64,000 nucleotides of DNA from Eledone cirrhosa (GCA_964016885.1 OZ024750.1:17794001-17858000); one strand, 5' to 3'; positions 1-14,205 are shown, counted from the first letter of the stretch. Numbers and translations: made by a program. Notes: a model not told the origin generated them from the letters alone.

Positions 1-139
1 TTTCCTCTTGAATCAGGCCATCGTGTTTTTCTTTTTGCGGTCGAAATATTTTGTCTGAATTAATAAAACGAAAAATTTGAAGGGTTAAAAAAAGAAAATG
101 TAAAACGATTTCAACAAAGCGTGCAGCTTCTTTGTAGCG

Positions 140-470
140 GACTTGACCTGCTAGAAATAGCAACTAAATCTCCCTCACATCACACCCAACTGCTTCTCGT
201 ATGAACCACAGAAGGAGCCCTTCACATGGTATTGAGACAAGTTTGAAATAGCGACCAAATTTCCCTCAAATTACATCCTACTGTTTAAAGAATGTATGAG
301 TTAAAGATGGAAACCTCTACGCAATGTTTCGACCTGCTAGAATTAGCAACAATATATCACACACTACTGCCTCATGTATGTATGAGTCAAATTGCGACGC
401 CCCTATATATCTAGACATGATTGAAATAGCAACTAAATCTCCTTAACACAACACTCTACTGATACTTATC
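140..470. repeat. Degenerate ~90-bp tandem repeat (4 units), probably derived from a dispersed repeat
   Basis: Motif gacc/atgctagaaatagcaactaaatctccct...cacac..actg recurs at ~146, 236, 331 and 414. A related reverse copy lies near 28225-28265. Confidence 0.6.
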
Positions 471-759
471 AGTGACTATCGACTGGTTTTTAGTCCATTA
501 TTACCCTGTTTCTATTTGTACAGGTCCAATGACCTCCGTAACTGCCATATAATATAAGGGAGATAACTCTCAATGTAAAGTTGTTGACATTCGGACAAAA
601 CAAACAAACAAAAAACGACCAACCTATAAGGATGTATTGAATATTTAATAAAATACTATAAAACTGGGTTTCGAAGTGATGGTGGGTGGATGCCACGTAC
701 TGTCTTCTGCATGTTGTTCCCGTGACTTTGGGGTCGATGCTAGTGTTTTTAATTCTTTC

Positions 760-796
760 AATTGGTTGTTGTAGCGTCACGTGACAGCCACGTGAT
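760..796. promoter_or_regulatory. Candidate promoter module: ATTGG (CCAAT box), palindromic GTCACGTGAC (CLEAR/USF-type E-box) and a second CACGTG
   Basis: attgg at 761-765, gtcacgtgac at 776-785, cacgtg at 789-794, in a locally CpG-richer stretch. Function is inferred only. Confidence 0.35.
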
Positions 797-839
797 TTCT
801 TGCTTGTATTGAGATCGCTGTAGAAGATTTAACACGTCT

Positions 840-1150
840 GTCTGGTGTTTTTCGTGCAGAAAACATGGTCTTTATATCTAAAATGATGTTGATTGCCTCA
901 ATGCTGTTGGCTTTGGCTCGTTCAAGGGTTATATGGTCTTCCCACTTGATCATAATTGATAACATTTCTGTTGAAATCGTTCCAGTTTCCAGATATCCCA
1001 GTAGTACAAAGTTTATGTTCCATAGTTGTTGAATAAGATGGAAACAACAACGTTTCGATACACTGAGCTTGGATTGTAGATTCTGGTTTCCAAAAGTGAC
1101 ATGCGCGGCTCAGATCCTGTTCTCAACATCTTTTTTTTCAATTACATAGT
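840..1150 (-). mobile_element. Degraded RTE-type LINE ORF2 fragment (post-RT region)
   Basis: Frameshifted minus-strand peptides EKKDVENRI*AAHVTFG, DIWKLERFQQKC and IMIKWEDHITLERAKANSIEA resemble the RTE C-terminal region. Confidence 0.65.
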
Positions 1151-2744
1151 GTAAAGAGGATGCTTTTGAGGTATAAGAGTTGGTCTATTTGTTCCAGCAG
1201 TGTATTAAAGATGGTGATAAAGAAATCAGGAAAGATGGTGTTTGGTTGTGCAATTATTTTTGTCATCTGGATGCTGATTGTCAGACCTCTTCACATCCTT
1301 TGAGCCCAAAGGCTGTGTAGAGAGGTTACCTTTTAATTGTCATTACACTCTTAGGCAATCAGTCATGTTCAGGGAAAAAAAAAAAACACAATCTTTGATT
1401 TAGTAGCTAAAATCCTCATGGGGACAATCTGTTATCTCTAACCTGGGTGGGTCTAGAAGGCCATAACTCGAAAAATGTAGCAAAAGTCCCTAAGAGCCGA
1501 ACATGAAATGACATGATCTTGTGGAAGAGAGCAATACTAAGTAGACTTGGTAAGGTGCAACTAAAGCTATATCTGATTTAATAGCAGTCCATTGTAGTTT
1601 TGCCATCTGAGCTTGCATCCTACGTGTTCTACAAAGGATATCTTTGAGACCCTATTGCTTGGGTCACTTTCTGGCAAGTTGAGATCCACCCTAGTCCAAA
1701 TCACCTCACAGGCATTTCTTCATTGATCTTTTCTCATCTGTTATTCTTCTTTACAAAATGAAATAGTGATAGGACAAGGATGACAAGAACCAGTATTAGT
1801 GAGACTGAAAGCTTAGTCAGAACCTGCACACTGGCAGCAGATGTGTGATGATCACCTTTCTGGGAATTGTAACTATTCAAGAAACTGGTCCTGCATCTGC
1901 AACTGGGCAAACTTATTTAGAAACACCTCTTCCAAAACCAAATAGGGAAGTCCCTAGAAAATGTGGGCTAAACATTGGAAATCACTTCAAATCTGGCTGG
2001 ATAAACACATTCAAATGTAGTAGATGACAAATTTCTCAATCTACATATATATGTACACATATATGTATGTGTATCATCATCATCTTTATTTAACATCCAC
2101 TTTCCTTTCTAGCAAGTGTATATATATATATATATACACACATACATACACATGTGGAAAAATGGATGTTAAACTGATGTGCATAGACATGTATTTAAAC
2201 CTCACCAGTTTTAAAGGGTACTATCAATTCATGCTGTATTCAGGCAATAATGATGATAAATTCCTTTAACTTAAAGTAATGTTCATTAATAGATTAATGT
2301 CCTGTACCATATGTATCCACATTAACATGACATTCTTTAAAAGTACAAGCAACATTATGATTGCATCACGTTAAAAATTAAAGTCTTCACTTAAATATTC
2401 ACAATGATCTGTTCAGTAATAAAGATTCTATAAACGTTTGAATTAACACCTATTCCTAGATATTTTTTGCTAAATCATTACAGAATATCAAAAGATTATG
2501 CTGAAAATGTTCACCCTGATCTGTCAACTAATAAAGATAGTATAAACATTTGAATTAACAAGCTTATTACAGGATGTTAAAATCTCCTATATAGTGTTTA
2601 GATATACTAGGCCTTCTGAGGAGTTTATCTATCTTAAGTGTACGTCCTGTACCGATTCTTTTAATTATATTATATTCCAGTGTGTTTCTTCATCTATTAT
2701 TTTGACTTTCATCCACAAATCTTTTTATGGATATTACTGAACAT

Positions 2745-3126
2745 GGCATGCAGGCTTAGTGGTTAGAGCATTGGCCTTGTAATCGAAAGGTTGTGTGTTC
2801 AATTCTCGGACTGGGTGATGTGTTGTTTCCTTGAGCAAGACACTTTATTTCACATTGCTTCAGTTTACTCAGCTGTAGAAATGAGATGATAGGGACTGGG
2901 GTCCCTATCATTCCACTGCAAAGTGGTCATGGAGGTGCCACAGCAAAAAAGCACCCAGCTCACACTGTAAAGTGGACGTGTAGGTGCCACGGAAAAAAAA
3001 AAACACCCCGCACTCACTAAATGAGGTTGGTGTTAGGAAGAGCATCCAGCTGTAAAAATCAAGCCAGAATCAGTTCCCGTCCCACCCTTGCAAACAGGGA
3101 AAAGCGAACGTCGAATGGTGATGATG
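2745..3126 (+). mobile_element. tRNA-derived SINE with conserved core and RTE-like (TGA)n tail
   Basis: A/B-box-like head (ggcttagtggttagagc...gttcaattc), core tccttgagcaagacactt, tail aggaag.gcatccagctgta...gatgatg. Near-identical copies at 31495-31830(-) and 45172-45397(+). Confidence 0.85.
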
Positions 3127-3214
3127 TCAGGTACATTGGGGATTGCAATCATTGTCACTATACAAAGCAAGGTGAAAACAGTGTTAATATATCAGTGTAT
3201 AATAATTATAATAA

Positions 3215-3385
3215 AGTTTCTACTTTTGGCACAAGGCCAGTACATTACTGATGCTTTATTTTATCGACCCCATAATGATGAAAGGCAAAGTTAACCTTGG
3301 CGGGATTTGAACTCAGATCATAAAGGGCCATAACTATGCTGCAAAGCAAGGTGTCTGACGCTCTACCGATACTGCCAAACCATAA
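3215..3385 (-). mobile_element. SINE (Nin/Deu-domain-like family)
   Basis: Reverse copy of the family tctgagttcaaatcccgcc.aggttaactttgcctttcatc...ggggtcgataaaataaagtaccagt, present many times in the window. Confidence 0.8.
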
Positions 3386-4069
3386 CAATAATTCCTCTGA
3401 AGATGGCCAGAAAGTAAGACATCTAAAACAGTGTGACTACAATAATTCTCCATCTCTGAAATTCTGGGAAAATATGTTTGTTTAATGTATGTATGTATAT
3501 ATTAAGATGACAAATATAAATATTTCATTTATATATTTTTGACCATTCTCTACTTTATTGTTATAATAATGTAGGTTCTGAACATAATTATAAATCCACT
3601 TATGTATTTATAGATATATCCACATTATATATATATATATATGTATATAAGTATGTATGTATATATATATGTATATATATATGTTGTTTTTTGTAAGATT
3701 TTTTTTTGTGTATAATAAATGTTACAACATAATAAATTTAAAATATAATTTTAATTTACAGTTTCTTGTGCCTTGTCGAAGAAGAAGAAGAAGGAGGAGG
3801 AAATAGAAAGGAAACTGCACAAATTAACAACATCACAGTGCTTCACACATTTTACACACATATATATATATATTTATATAGGCAATGACATACACTAACA
3901 TATTACTGGGTGGTGGTGGTGGTGTTGGTGGTGGTAAAACATCTCTTTAAGGGTGATTGGTCCATTCAAGGTACTAGTGAAATTATTATCTCTTCAGTAA
4001 TAGCTTATCAATAATAGAAAGATTGTAAGAACCAGGTGAAAGTCACTGTCCAAGCAATGTTTTAGCAGC

Positions 4070-4104
<35 letters not shown>

Positions 4105-4334
4105 TAATAATAATAATTCTTTCTAACATTGACACAAGGCCAGCATATTAGGGGGAGGGCAAAATTGATTCAGCAAGATTTGAACACAGAATGTAAAAAG
4201 CCAGAATAAATGCTGCGAAGTATTTTGTCAGATGCTCTAACGATTCTGCCAATCTGCTGCCCTAGCAATAATAACAACAATAACAACAATAATAACAATA
4301 ATAACAATAATAATAATAATAATAATAATAATGA

Positions 4335-4565
4335 TAATGGTTTCTAATTTAGGCACAAAGCCAGAAATTAAGTGTGGGGGGGGGGGAAAGGTTAGTCGAT
4401 TATATCAATCCCAGTACTTCACTGGTACTTTATTTTCTCCATCCCGTAAGGATGAAAGGCAAAGTCGACCTCAGCGGGATTTGAACTCAGAACGTAAAGA
4501 GCTGTAACTCTATGCCACAAAGTAATTCTTTTGAAGCTCTAACGATTCTGCCAATCCACCGCCCT
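4335..4565 (-). mobile_element. SINE (Nin/Deu-domain-like family), downstream of the RCAN stop codon
   Basis: ggatgaaaggcaaagtcgacctcagcgggatttgaactcagaacgtaaag, flanked by (AAT)n. Confidence 0.8.
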
Positions 4566-4629
4566 TTGTAATAACAATAGGAATAAAATTAATAATAATA
4601 ATAATGTTAATAATAATAATAATAATAAT

Positions 4630-4668
<39 letters not shown>

Positions 4669-4924
4669 GTGTTAACATGACAGGGTGTTTAGGAAAAGAG
4701 AAAAAGGAAATACAAAGGTAACAGTTTAATCAAAAGTGAGAAAATAAAAAGAGGAAGAAGAAGAAAGGGAAGAAAAAGGAGGAGACATAGTAAAGGAAGA
4801 AGATAAAAAAACAAGACTGAGTTTTACAACAAACATGGAAATTCTGTTCAAGAGAATAGGGGACAGGGAGGTTTTTTTAACGTTTTTTTCTTTTTACATT
4901 TTTTTTTTTCCATTATTTTCGTAT

Positions 4925-5061
4925 TCAATTGACTCTGTCAGGACGCATGGTTTGAATAATTTTCGGTTTAGCTATAAATTTGAATTCATCTGGCTCCTCA
5001 CAAATATGGACGACAATACCTGGTTGATTCTCTGTGGGTGGATGGAGTTCATGGGCTTCCC
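4925..5061 (-). CDS. RCAN: Calcipressin/RCAN, terminal coding exon (PxIxIT-like PGIVVH and TxxP motif)
   Basis: (G)EAHELHPPTENQPGIVVHICEEPDEFKFIAKPKIIQTMRPDRVN* with TGA at 4927-4925. Acceptor ctctctttaccag|, and phase 1 matches the upstream exon. Confidence 0.95.
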
Positions 5062-5240
5062 CTGGTAAAGAGAGAGAGATAAACATTGATTATACAACAG
5101 ACGAAATACCTACAAGGAGGGTTCCCCTGGTAAAAGGGAAGGGAGTAAACCCTGGTAAAGAGAGAGATAAACATTGAATATACAGAAGAAATACCTTCAA
5201 GGGGAGGGCTTCCTCTGGTAAAGAGGAGGGCTTCTTCTTG
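5055..5240. repeat. Degenerate ~90-bp tandem duplication spanning the acceptor of the last RCAN exon
   Basis: cctggtaaag(ag)nataaacattga at 5061 and 5151, with related ttcc(c/t)ctggtaaa at ~5123 and ~5210. Confidence 0.8.
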
Positions 5241-5889
5241 TAAACTAGTGGAGATAATATAGGGTTAAAAAGACACTTTAGTCTTGTTGAAGGCATAACA
5301 GCTTCTCTAACATTGATGCCTCAATAAAATACACCTAGTGCACTCTGTAAAGTGTTTGACATTAAAACGGACATAGAAACCATGCCAAAAATGGAATGTA
5401 TTGAGCAAGATGTGATCCTGTGATCTATCTAGGAGTCTAGGAGAACAGTAGTGGTAATTATTTACTGACTTAGTAACAATCTAATTCTTACCAGCAAAGA
5501 AAAATGGATGTAAAATAATAATGATGATGATGACATATGCGTTTATGCTTGGCTGAAATCTCACTATCATATATTTAAAGAAATGACTGACCATGCATTT
5601 GCCTCTCCAAGACACAAACCTGAGCAAGATGTCTTGTGAAAGACCAACAGTCACTCATGTATGCCAGTCTTTCTCTACAACACCGATGTGGTTGAAGGGA
5701 AAGGCAAAGACTGATACAGCTTGGCACCAGTGATGCTGCAACTCATTTTTTTCCAGCTGAGTGAACCGGAGCAATCAGAAATAAAGTATCTTGCTCAAAA
5801 ACACAATGTACCACCTGATCTAACTATCAACCTTATGGCATTACAATCATGATCCCAGCACCCAAACCACTAAGCTCATCATTTTCATG

Positions 5890-6975
<1,086 letters not shown>

Positions 6976-7119
6976 GAAAGGTGGTCAGTTAAAAACAAAG
7001 GTGTTAACTATCCAGATATTTGTATATAAAGACAGATGTAAACACATAGTCTATATAAACAATAAATCCTATACTGTACTACAGAATAAATCTATATATT
7101 TTATGCAACACAATATCGT

Positions 7120-7570
7120 GATGGCGACACGGCTAAAAGCACCTAGCCCACACTGTAAATGTGGTTGGCATTAGGAAGGGTATCCAGCTATAGAAACCAA
7201 CCGGTAACAGTTCTGTGTCAGCAAGACATGGTCACTGGATCTAACTTGCCTCAAACAGGACAACCCGCCTAACCCATGTTTAACGTCCATTTTTCCATGC
7301 TAGCATGGGTTATACGAGTTGCCAAATTGTGAGACAAGTCAGATCGAATGGCAGTATCTTGCTCATAGAGAACAGTTTCTGGCTTGATTTCTACAGATGG
7401 ATACCTTTCCTAATGCCAACAAAATTTACAGTGAGGCCTGGGTGCTTTTTATCATGGCACCAAGATGACCTCATTACAGTGTGAACTTGTTGTTATTTAT
7501 CATGGCCCCAAGATGACCACTTTACAGTGTGGACTGGGTCCTTTTTGTCATGACACCAACATGAACACTT
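7120..7570. mobile_element. Two SINE 3' portions in inverted orientation
   Basis: + copy aaagcacctagcccacactgtaaatgtggttggcattaggaaggg...aacccatg, followed directly by a - copy (ttaacgtccatttttccatgctagcatggg...ctgggtgcttttt). Confidence 0.75.
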
Positions 7571-8379
7571 TACAAAATATAGAATATATCTATAGATTCT
7601 AGCCAACAGTATATATAAAGACAGATGTAAACACATAGTTTATATATACATATATATATATACAAATGAATACATAAGAGGGATGAATACTGATACAAGT
7701 ATACATGTGTTTGAATTGCAAAGACGAAAGACTATTTCGAGTTTATAACTCAATATATGATATATATATATTCAGTAAATGCTATATTGCGCTACAGAAT
7801 AAATCTATATATGTGCAACATCTTCATGTTTGGTTTCAATGCTACACACTGGGAGAGGGGGGGGGGGGGGAATTTGTATACATGAATGTATGTATGTATA
7901 TTTGTATCTGCATTTGTATGTAAGGATATTTGTATAAGCATGCATACTACCACCACCACCACCACCACCATCATTTTATGTCTTCCTTACATGCTGGTGA
8001 GTGAGCATGTGCGTGTGTGTAAATATGTGTGTTTGTGTCTATGTATGTATGTATGTATGTACGTATGTGTGTATGTACATGTATATATATATATGTGTGT
8101 GTATGTACAAGTATGTATATATGTGTGTATGTACACGTATACATATATGTGTGTATATGTATATATGTGTATGTGAAAAAGAATGAAGGTGACCTTGAAA
8201 TTCCAAAAAAGAGTCATAGAAAATCTTATTTGCAAAATCATTAAATACAGAAGAGAAATCAATAAAAATAGATTGGCAATAAAATAAAATAAAATTGAAG
8301 AAACTCATAATTTGGATATAAACCATGTCAGAGAGAAAAGTCATTAAAATATCAATCATCTTCATTATACCATTCATCA

Positions 8380-8745
8380 CCAACATCTACAACACTCCCC
8401 AAATCATAAACATCTACACCCATACCACCAACACCATCACTACCAACACCAACACCATCACTACCAACACCAACACCATCACTACCAACACCAACACCAT
8501 CACTACCAACATCAACATTACCACTACCAACACCAACACCATCACTACCAACATCAACATTACCACTACCAACACTATCACTACCAACACCATCACTACC
8601 AACACCAACACTACCAACACCAACACCATCACTACCAACACCATCACCATCATCAACACGACCAACACCACCAATACTAACATCAACACCACCACTACTA
8701 ATACCAACATCACCAGCATCACCACCAACACCAATATCACTAACA
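8380..8745. repeat. (ACC/AAC/ATC)-based low-complexity minisatellite
   Basis: Repeats of accaacaccatcact; source of the spurious T/N-rich ORFs. Confidence 0.9.
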
Positions 8746-9109
8746 TACACATATATCCTCATTATCATTTTCCATCGACACTTTCATGCTGGAATGAGTT
8801 GGATAGAATGTTACAGACAACATCTGTACATAATTAGACCAACTGTTCTTCAAGATAAGCCAAGGAACCATGTCTAATTTACATATGTTCTGGTCTTGAC
8901 ATGGTTTATATGTCTGGCTGCCTTTCTTAAGGCCAAATTCTTTATAGAGTTTACTGAGTATATTTTATAATTGCACAAACATTAGAAAGATTGCCATGTC
9001 CTTCATATAACAAACGAGTCCTTGATATAACAAACAATCCTCTCTGCCCTATGTTGTCAAAAGACATGACAACAGTGATATTGTTATTATAGCTGGTGAC
9101 TTTAAATCA

Positions 9110-9535
9110 TAACATTGTGTACTGCAGGAAACCACATTAGCAAGACATAACAGCACTATGATTGTATCACATTAAACATTAAAGTCTTTACTTTAATACT
9201 GCAAATTTTCATTACGATTTGTCCACTAGTAAAGATACTATTAACATATGAATTAACTAATCTTGTTTTTAGACATTCTGCTAAATCAATACAGGATGTT
9301 AAGAGTTAACTCATTTTGTCTTGTACCATATGAAACCACATTAGCAAAACATTCTAGAAAAGTACAAAACAACATATGCCTACATCACATTAAAAATTAG
9401 TCTTTATTTTAGTCTAATATTGCAAAATTTTACAAAGATCTGTAAATTAGAAAATATTCTATAAACATTTGAATAAAGAAACATGATTTTTAAAAAACAT
9501 TTTCTGCTAGATTATTACAAGATGTTAAGAATTAA
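9110..9535 (+). repeat. Two tandem copies of a ~200-bp dispersed repeat also present at ~2290-2580
   Basis: Shared ccacattag/acaagacat...catcacattaaa.attaaagtcttta...ataaacatttgaat...tgctaaatc..tacaggatgttaa. Confidence 0.6.
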
Positions 9536-10353
9536 TGAGCATGTTGGGCAACACCATGATCTCTCTTCCAATGTACATGGAGGCTATGGTGATAGTCAAC
9601 AGAATAAGGAAGGACCAATACTTTTGGGATGCTGTGATCTGAATGACCTAACCATTTGCAACTCTCAGGTGTACACGCAAACCAAAGAGACTTTATGTTC
9701 ACTTGGAAACAGGATAGACAGTTGATTGTGAATATATAGTGTCACTCAACATAGAGTAGTGATTAGTGACATGAGAGTAAAATGAAGATAGACAGACCCA
9801 GAAATGTAGGGTAATGTAGAAAAGAGCCATTGACCAGGCCAACTATCATAGGAAATAGAGACATATAATATAGAAGACCATTGACGGTTTCTACAACAAC
9901 CAGGTAATGGTACAATGGTATACAAGAGGATAATGGGAATCAAAGAGGTACAATATTAACCCAACCAAAAACTCCACACCCTATCACCATAACCATCACC
10001 ATCACCACCACCACCACCACAAAAACAACCATCACCTGCACTACCGCCACCACCCACCACTACTATCAACTCCCACTGCCACCACCACTAGCCACGAATG
10101 CGAGCAAATACCACCACTACCCACCATCCCCTCTACTCATCATTGTCACCACCACCACCACCACCACCACCACCACATTACAAATTCATGATATAAATAG
10201 TGCATGACATCATCAACATCATTTCAATTACATAATGATGTGAAAGATAAAGTGAGTGAAAGGGAGAGGTAAAGATAGAGAGAGGAAGGAATAGAGAATG
10301 TGTGTGTGAGAGAGAGAGATGGACCGAGAAAGAGAGAAGGAGAGAGAGAGAGA

Positions 10354-10409
<56 letters not shown>

Positions 10410-10620
10410 GAGAGAGGTGCTGTTTACTTGGAATGACTGGGCTTTGGCTAATAATAGATGCAACAACAACAACAGCAACAACACCAACTGTAACAGCAAA
10501 GAACAAATATCTCCAAAATTACGTCACTGAATTGTGCCTGACTTTGTTGTGTGGAATATAGGTGTGGGTATGAGAGAGGTGAGGGATAGGTAAGTATATA
10601 TATATACATATATATATATA

Positions 10621-10677
<57 letters not shown>

Positions 10678-11619
10678 AACAGACAGACAGACACACATAT
10701 ATATATATATATATCATCATCGTTTATCCCTCACCTGTCTCATACCCATCTATATAGACACATATACATATATACAGACACACACACACATACACACACA
10801 CATATAGTGAGAGAGAGTGAGCAAGTGTGTGTGAATGGGTGAGAGAGAGAGAGAGACAATGATTGGGTGAAAGAGAAAGACAGACAATGGATGAGAGAGA
10901 GAGAGACAGAGAAAGAGTGAATGGGTGAGACAGAGAAAGAGAGAGACAGTGAATGGAAGAAAGAGAGAGACAGTGAATGGATGAAAGAGAGAGAGAGAGA
11001 CAGTGAATGGATGAAAGGGAGAGAGCTAGTAAATAGGTAAGAGAGGGACTGTGGCTAGGTGAAAGATAGGTAAGTTAGAGGACACTTGACTTTTAAGGTT
11101 AAGTATGGCTATATATGTGTGTTACTACTGTGTGTGCATATCTGTGTATGTTTAGGTATATGCACACAAACACATATATATATATATTTTTTTTTTTTTC
11201 TTTTCTTTTTTTTTTTTATTTGGAACTGAAGGTTCTTGAATTAGAACTCTGCGATTCCCATTGCTGAAAATTTAAAATGACTTGAATAATAAAGCAGCTT
11301 AACAATATACAAGAAATGTATTTGCGAAAAACAATGAAATATGATTAGGCAGCAGTACATTAAGATTTGATTGGTTGCCAAAAATAAAGAAAAATATTAG
11401 AAAATGCGTCATATATTCATTTATTTATTGCCATGTGCAGAACACATGATATTTTCAACTATTCACGTGCTAAAATAAACAAATATATAAAACAGTGATG
11501 TTTTCATGTTTTTAGTATCATATGTATAAAACACATGTAAGCAAGGAATCTGGCTAGTGTTACTAAAGTTTGAGTATTAATGAATAAATTAATGTTTGTT
11601 CGTGCTCCCCCCTCTCTCT

Positions 11620-11661
<42 letters not shown>

Positions 11662-12138
11662 GTGTGTGTGTTAGGTAAACAAAAAAGTAAAACAAAGGCA
11701 AATATAAAGTAGGAAACTGAATAAGATGAAAAAGGTAATTCAGTCGAGGATAGCAAAATTCTTTAAAGCAGCTTATAGCAAATATCTTATTGTTAGTTTA
11801 GGTAGATATATGGAGAAGCAAATAGATAAAAACAGATAAATAGATATACACAAATACATTATATATATATATATATACATTATAGATATACACACATACA
11901 AATACATTATAGATATACACTCATACATGCAGACACATATATATATATATATACAGATTAGAGCAAACATCACGGACACTCTATCTCAAAATTATTTTTG
12001 AAAACCATTAGAAATGCGCAACCGGTAAAACTTAAAACCAAAACTGAATACTAACCAATACTATTACTAATTCTCACTTATTCCTAATTAAAGTATTTTT
12101 CACTGTGAACAATTTGTCAGCATTTTCTTTTCCGTTTA

Positions 12139-12181
<43 letters not shown>

Positions 12182-12571
12182 TTATCTCGGGTCCAATCGG
12201 GAGTAACCACAGTAAGTAAGGTACTCAATACATAGCAGAGTATAAATATTTAATATAGAAATGGCTTCTACCTAAATATAATATAATTGCAACTACATAT
12301 AAATGTATATATATAATGTGGGCAATAATAAATATTACCCAATTACAAGTATGAAAATAGCTCAATGTAAAATAACAAGTATACGACAGAGCCAAAATAC
12401 AATATTGTATATTGTGTGTATATATATATATTTATATATATATATATTAGAAAGTGAGGTTTTTTTTACAAAATGAAAAATAACCGAGGTGTCCTGCACG
12501 AGTGAAAGTATAAAGAAAAAAAGATGAAATCGAAAATGCATTTAAAAAAAATATATATCTTTATTTGGTTC

Positions 12572-12607
12572 CTTTACCGGTTTCGCAGTTCTTCTGCTTT
12601 TCAAAAG
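12572..12607 (-). ncRNA. Minimal type-I hammerhead ribozyme, U3-A8 core variant
   Basis: Minus strand reads ctt TTGAAAA gcag aagaa ctgc GAAA ccgg TA aag: stem I ctt/aag, stem II gcag/ctgc, palindromic stem III. Confidence 0.55.
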
Positions 12608-12664
12608 TAGAGTTGAGATGGAGGGTCTGTGGTTTTTCTCACATACATATATATATACATATAT

Positions 12665-12720
<56 letters not shown>

Positions 12721-12723
12721 GTA

Positions 12724-12774
<51 letters not shown>

Positions 12775-13245
12775 GCATGTGTGTATATATACATCATCAT
12801 TTAATATATATATATATATATAAATAATGTGTTTGTGTATATTTATTTATCTATTTATGCCTTTCTACCTATATATTTGCTTATCTATAAATCTACCTAA
12901 ACTATCAATAAAACACACTCTAAACCGCTTGCAGCGGAGATGAAGGTTTTACATCGCTATCAATGTACATATACATACACACATACATATACACACACAT
13001 ATATTGTCAACAGACATCATAGCTATAGATAGATAGATATATATATACATATTACAAATATACAGATATGACAGGTGTGTCTATTTATAGACAGCCAATA
13101 CCTCCTCAGCTGGATTTCATATATGCAAATTGTGGGAGAATGATGATGTATAAGTTTTCAAATGACAAAATTTATTTCCTTAAAGTTAAATAAACTGACA
13201 CACCAAAACAACAATACTGTACACATACCTAGATGTGTGTATAGA

Positions 13246-13315
<70 letters not shown>

Positions 13316-13522
13316 TAGTCCACACTGTAAATGTGGTTGGTGTTAGGAAGGGCATCCAGCTGTAGAAAACCCGCCAGACAGTCCTATACGAGCAAGACAA
13401 CCAATCTTGCCTCAAGTGGGAAAACTCCCGTCCAAACCCATGCAAGCGTGGAAGATGGACGTTAAATGATGATGATGATATACACATATACATAGATATA
13501 TACTTACATATACATATATATA

Positions 13523-13626
13523 TAGAGGGTATCCCCCAAAAATATATACACACTTCAAGAGCATTCTAATAAATATTGCCTGTACAAGTAATCAAAGTGT
13601 GTATACATTTTTTAGGACACCCTATA
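13523..13626. mobile_element. Tc1/mariner-type MITE in (TA)n
   Basis: Imperfect ~30-bp TIRs (tagagggtatcccccaaaaatatatacacactt / aagtgtgtatacattttttaggacaccctata) with TA flanks. Confidence 0.65.
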
Positions 13627-13651
13627 TATATATATATAGACACACAAACAA

Positions 13652-13682
<31 letters not shown>

Positions 13683-13865
13683 CATACATATGATTATATA
13701 TGCATTTTTATACACACACAAACGCATATACATACATATATATATACATATACATACATATGATTATATATGCATTTTTATACACACACAAACGCATATA
13801 CATACATATATATATACATATATGTAAATACATATACATATACATACACATATACATACATATGA

Positions 13866-13896
<31 letters not shown>

Positions 13897-14205
13897 TGAA
13901 TATATATACACACACACACACACATATATATATATACATACATACATACATATATATATATATACATATATATATATACATACATATATATACATATATA
14001 TATACATATATATATATACATATATATATATACACATATATATATACACATATATATACATATATATATATATACACATATATATACATATATATATATA
14101 TACATATACATATATACATATATATATACATATATATATATATATACATATATATACATATATATATATATATACATATATATATACATATACATATATA
14201 TATAC

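Noticed and set aside
865-1032. Plus-strand 55-aa ORF with a hydrophobic, signal-peptide-like start (MVFISKMMLIASMLLALA...)
   Set aside because: It is the antisense of a decayed RTE LINE fragment.
2745-2820. tRNA gene (similar heads at ~30165, ~41030 and ~31750-31830)
   Set aside because: A/B-box-like head without a clean cloverleaf, continuing into a multicopy SINE body.
3397-3440. Possible hammerhead (CTGAAGA tgg...catctAAAAcagtgtg)
   Set aside because: The GAAA core reads AAAA and stem I is not evident; at best a decayed relic.
8325-8837. Mucin-like or His-rich ORFs (also at 19.9-21.3 and 25.5-25.8 kb)
   Set aside because: Trinucleotide (ACC/GGT) low-complexity repeats with no splice or domain support.
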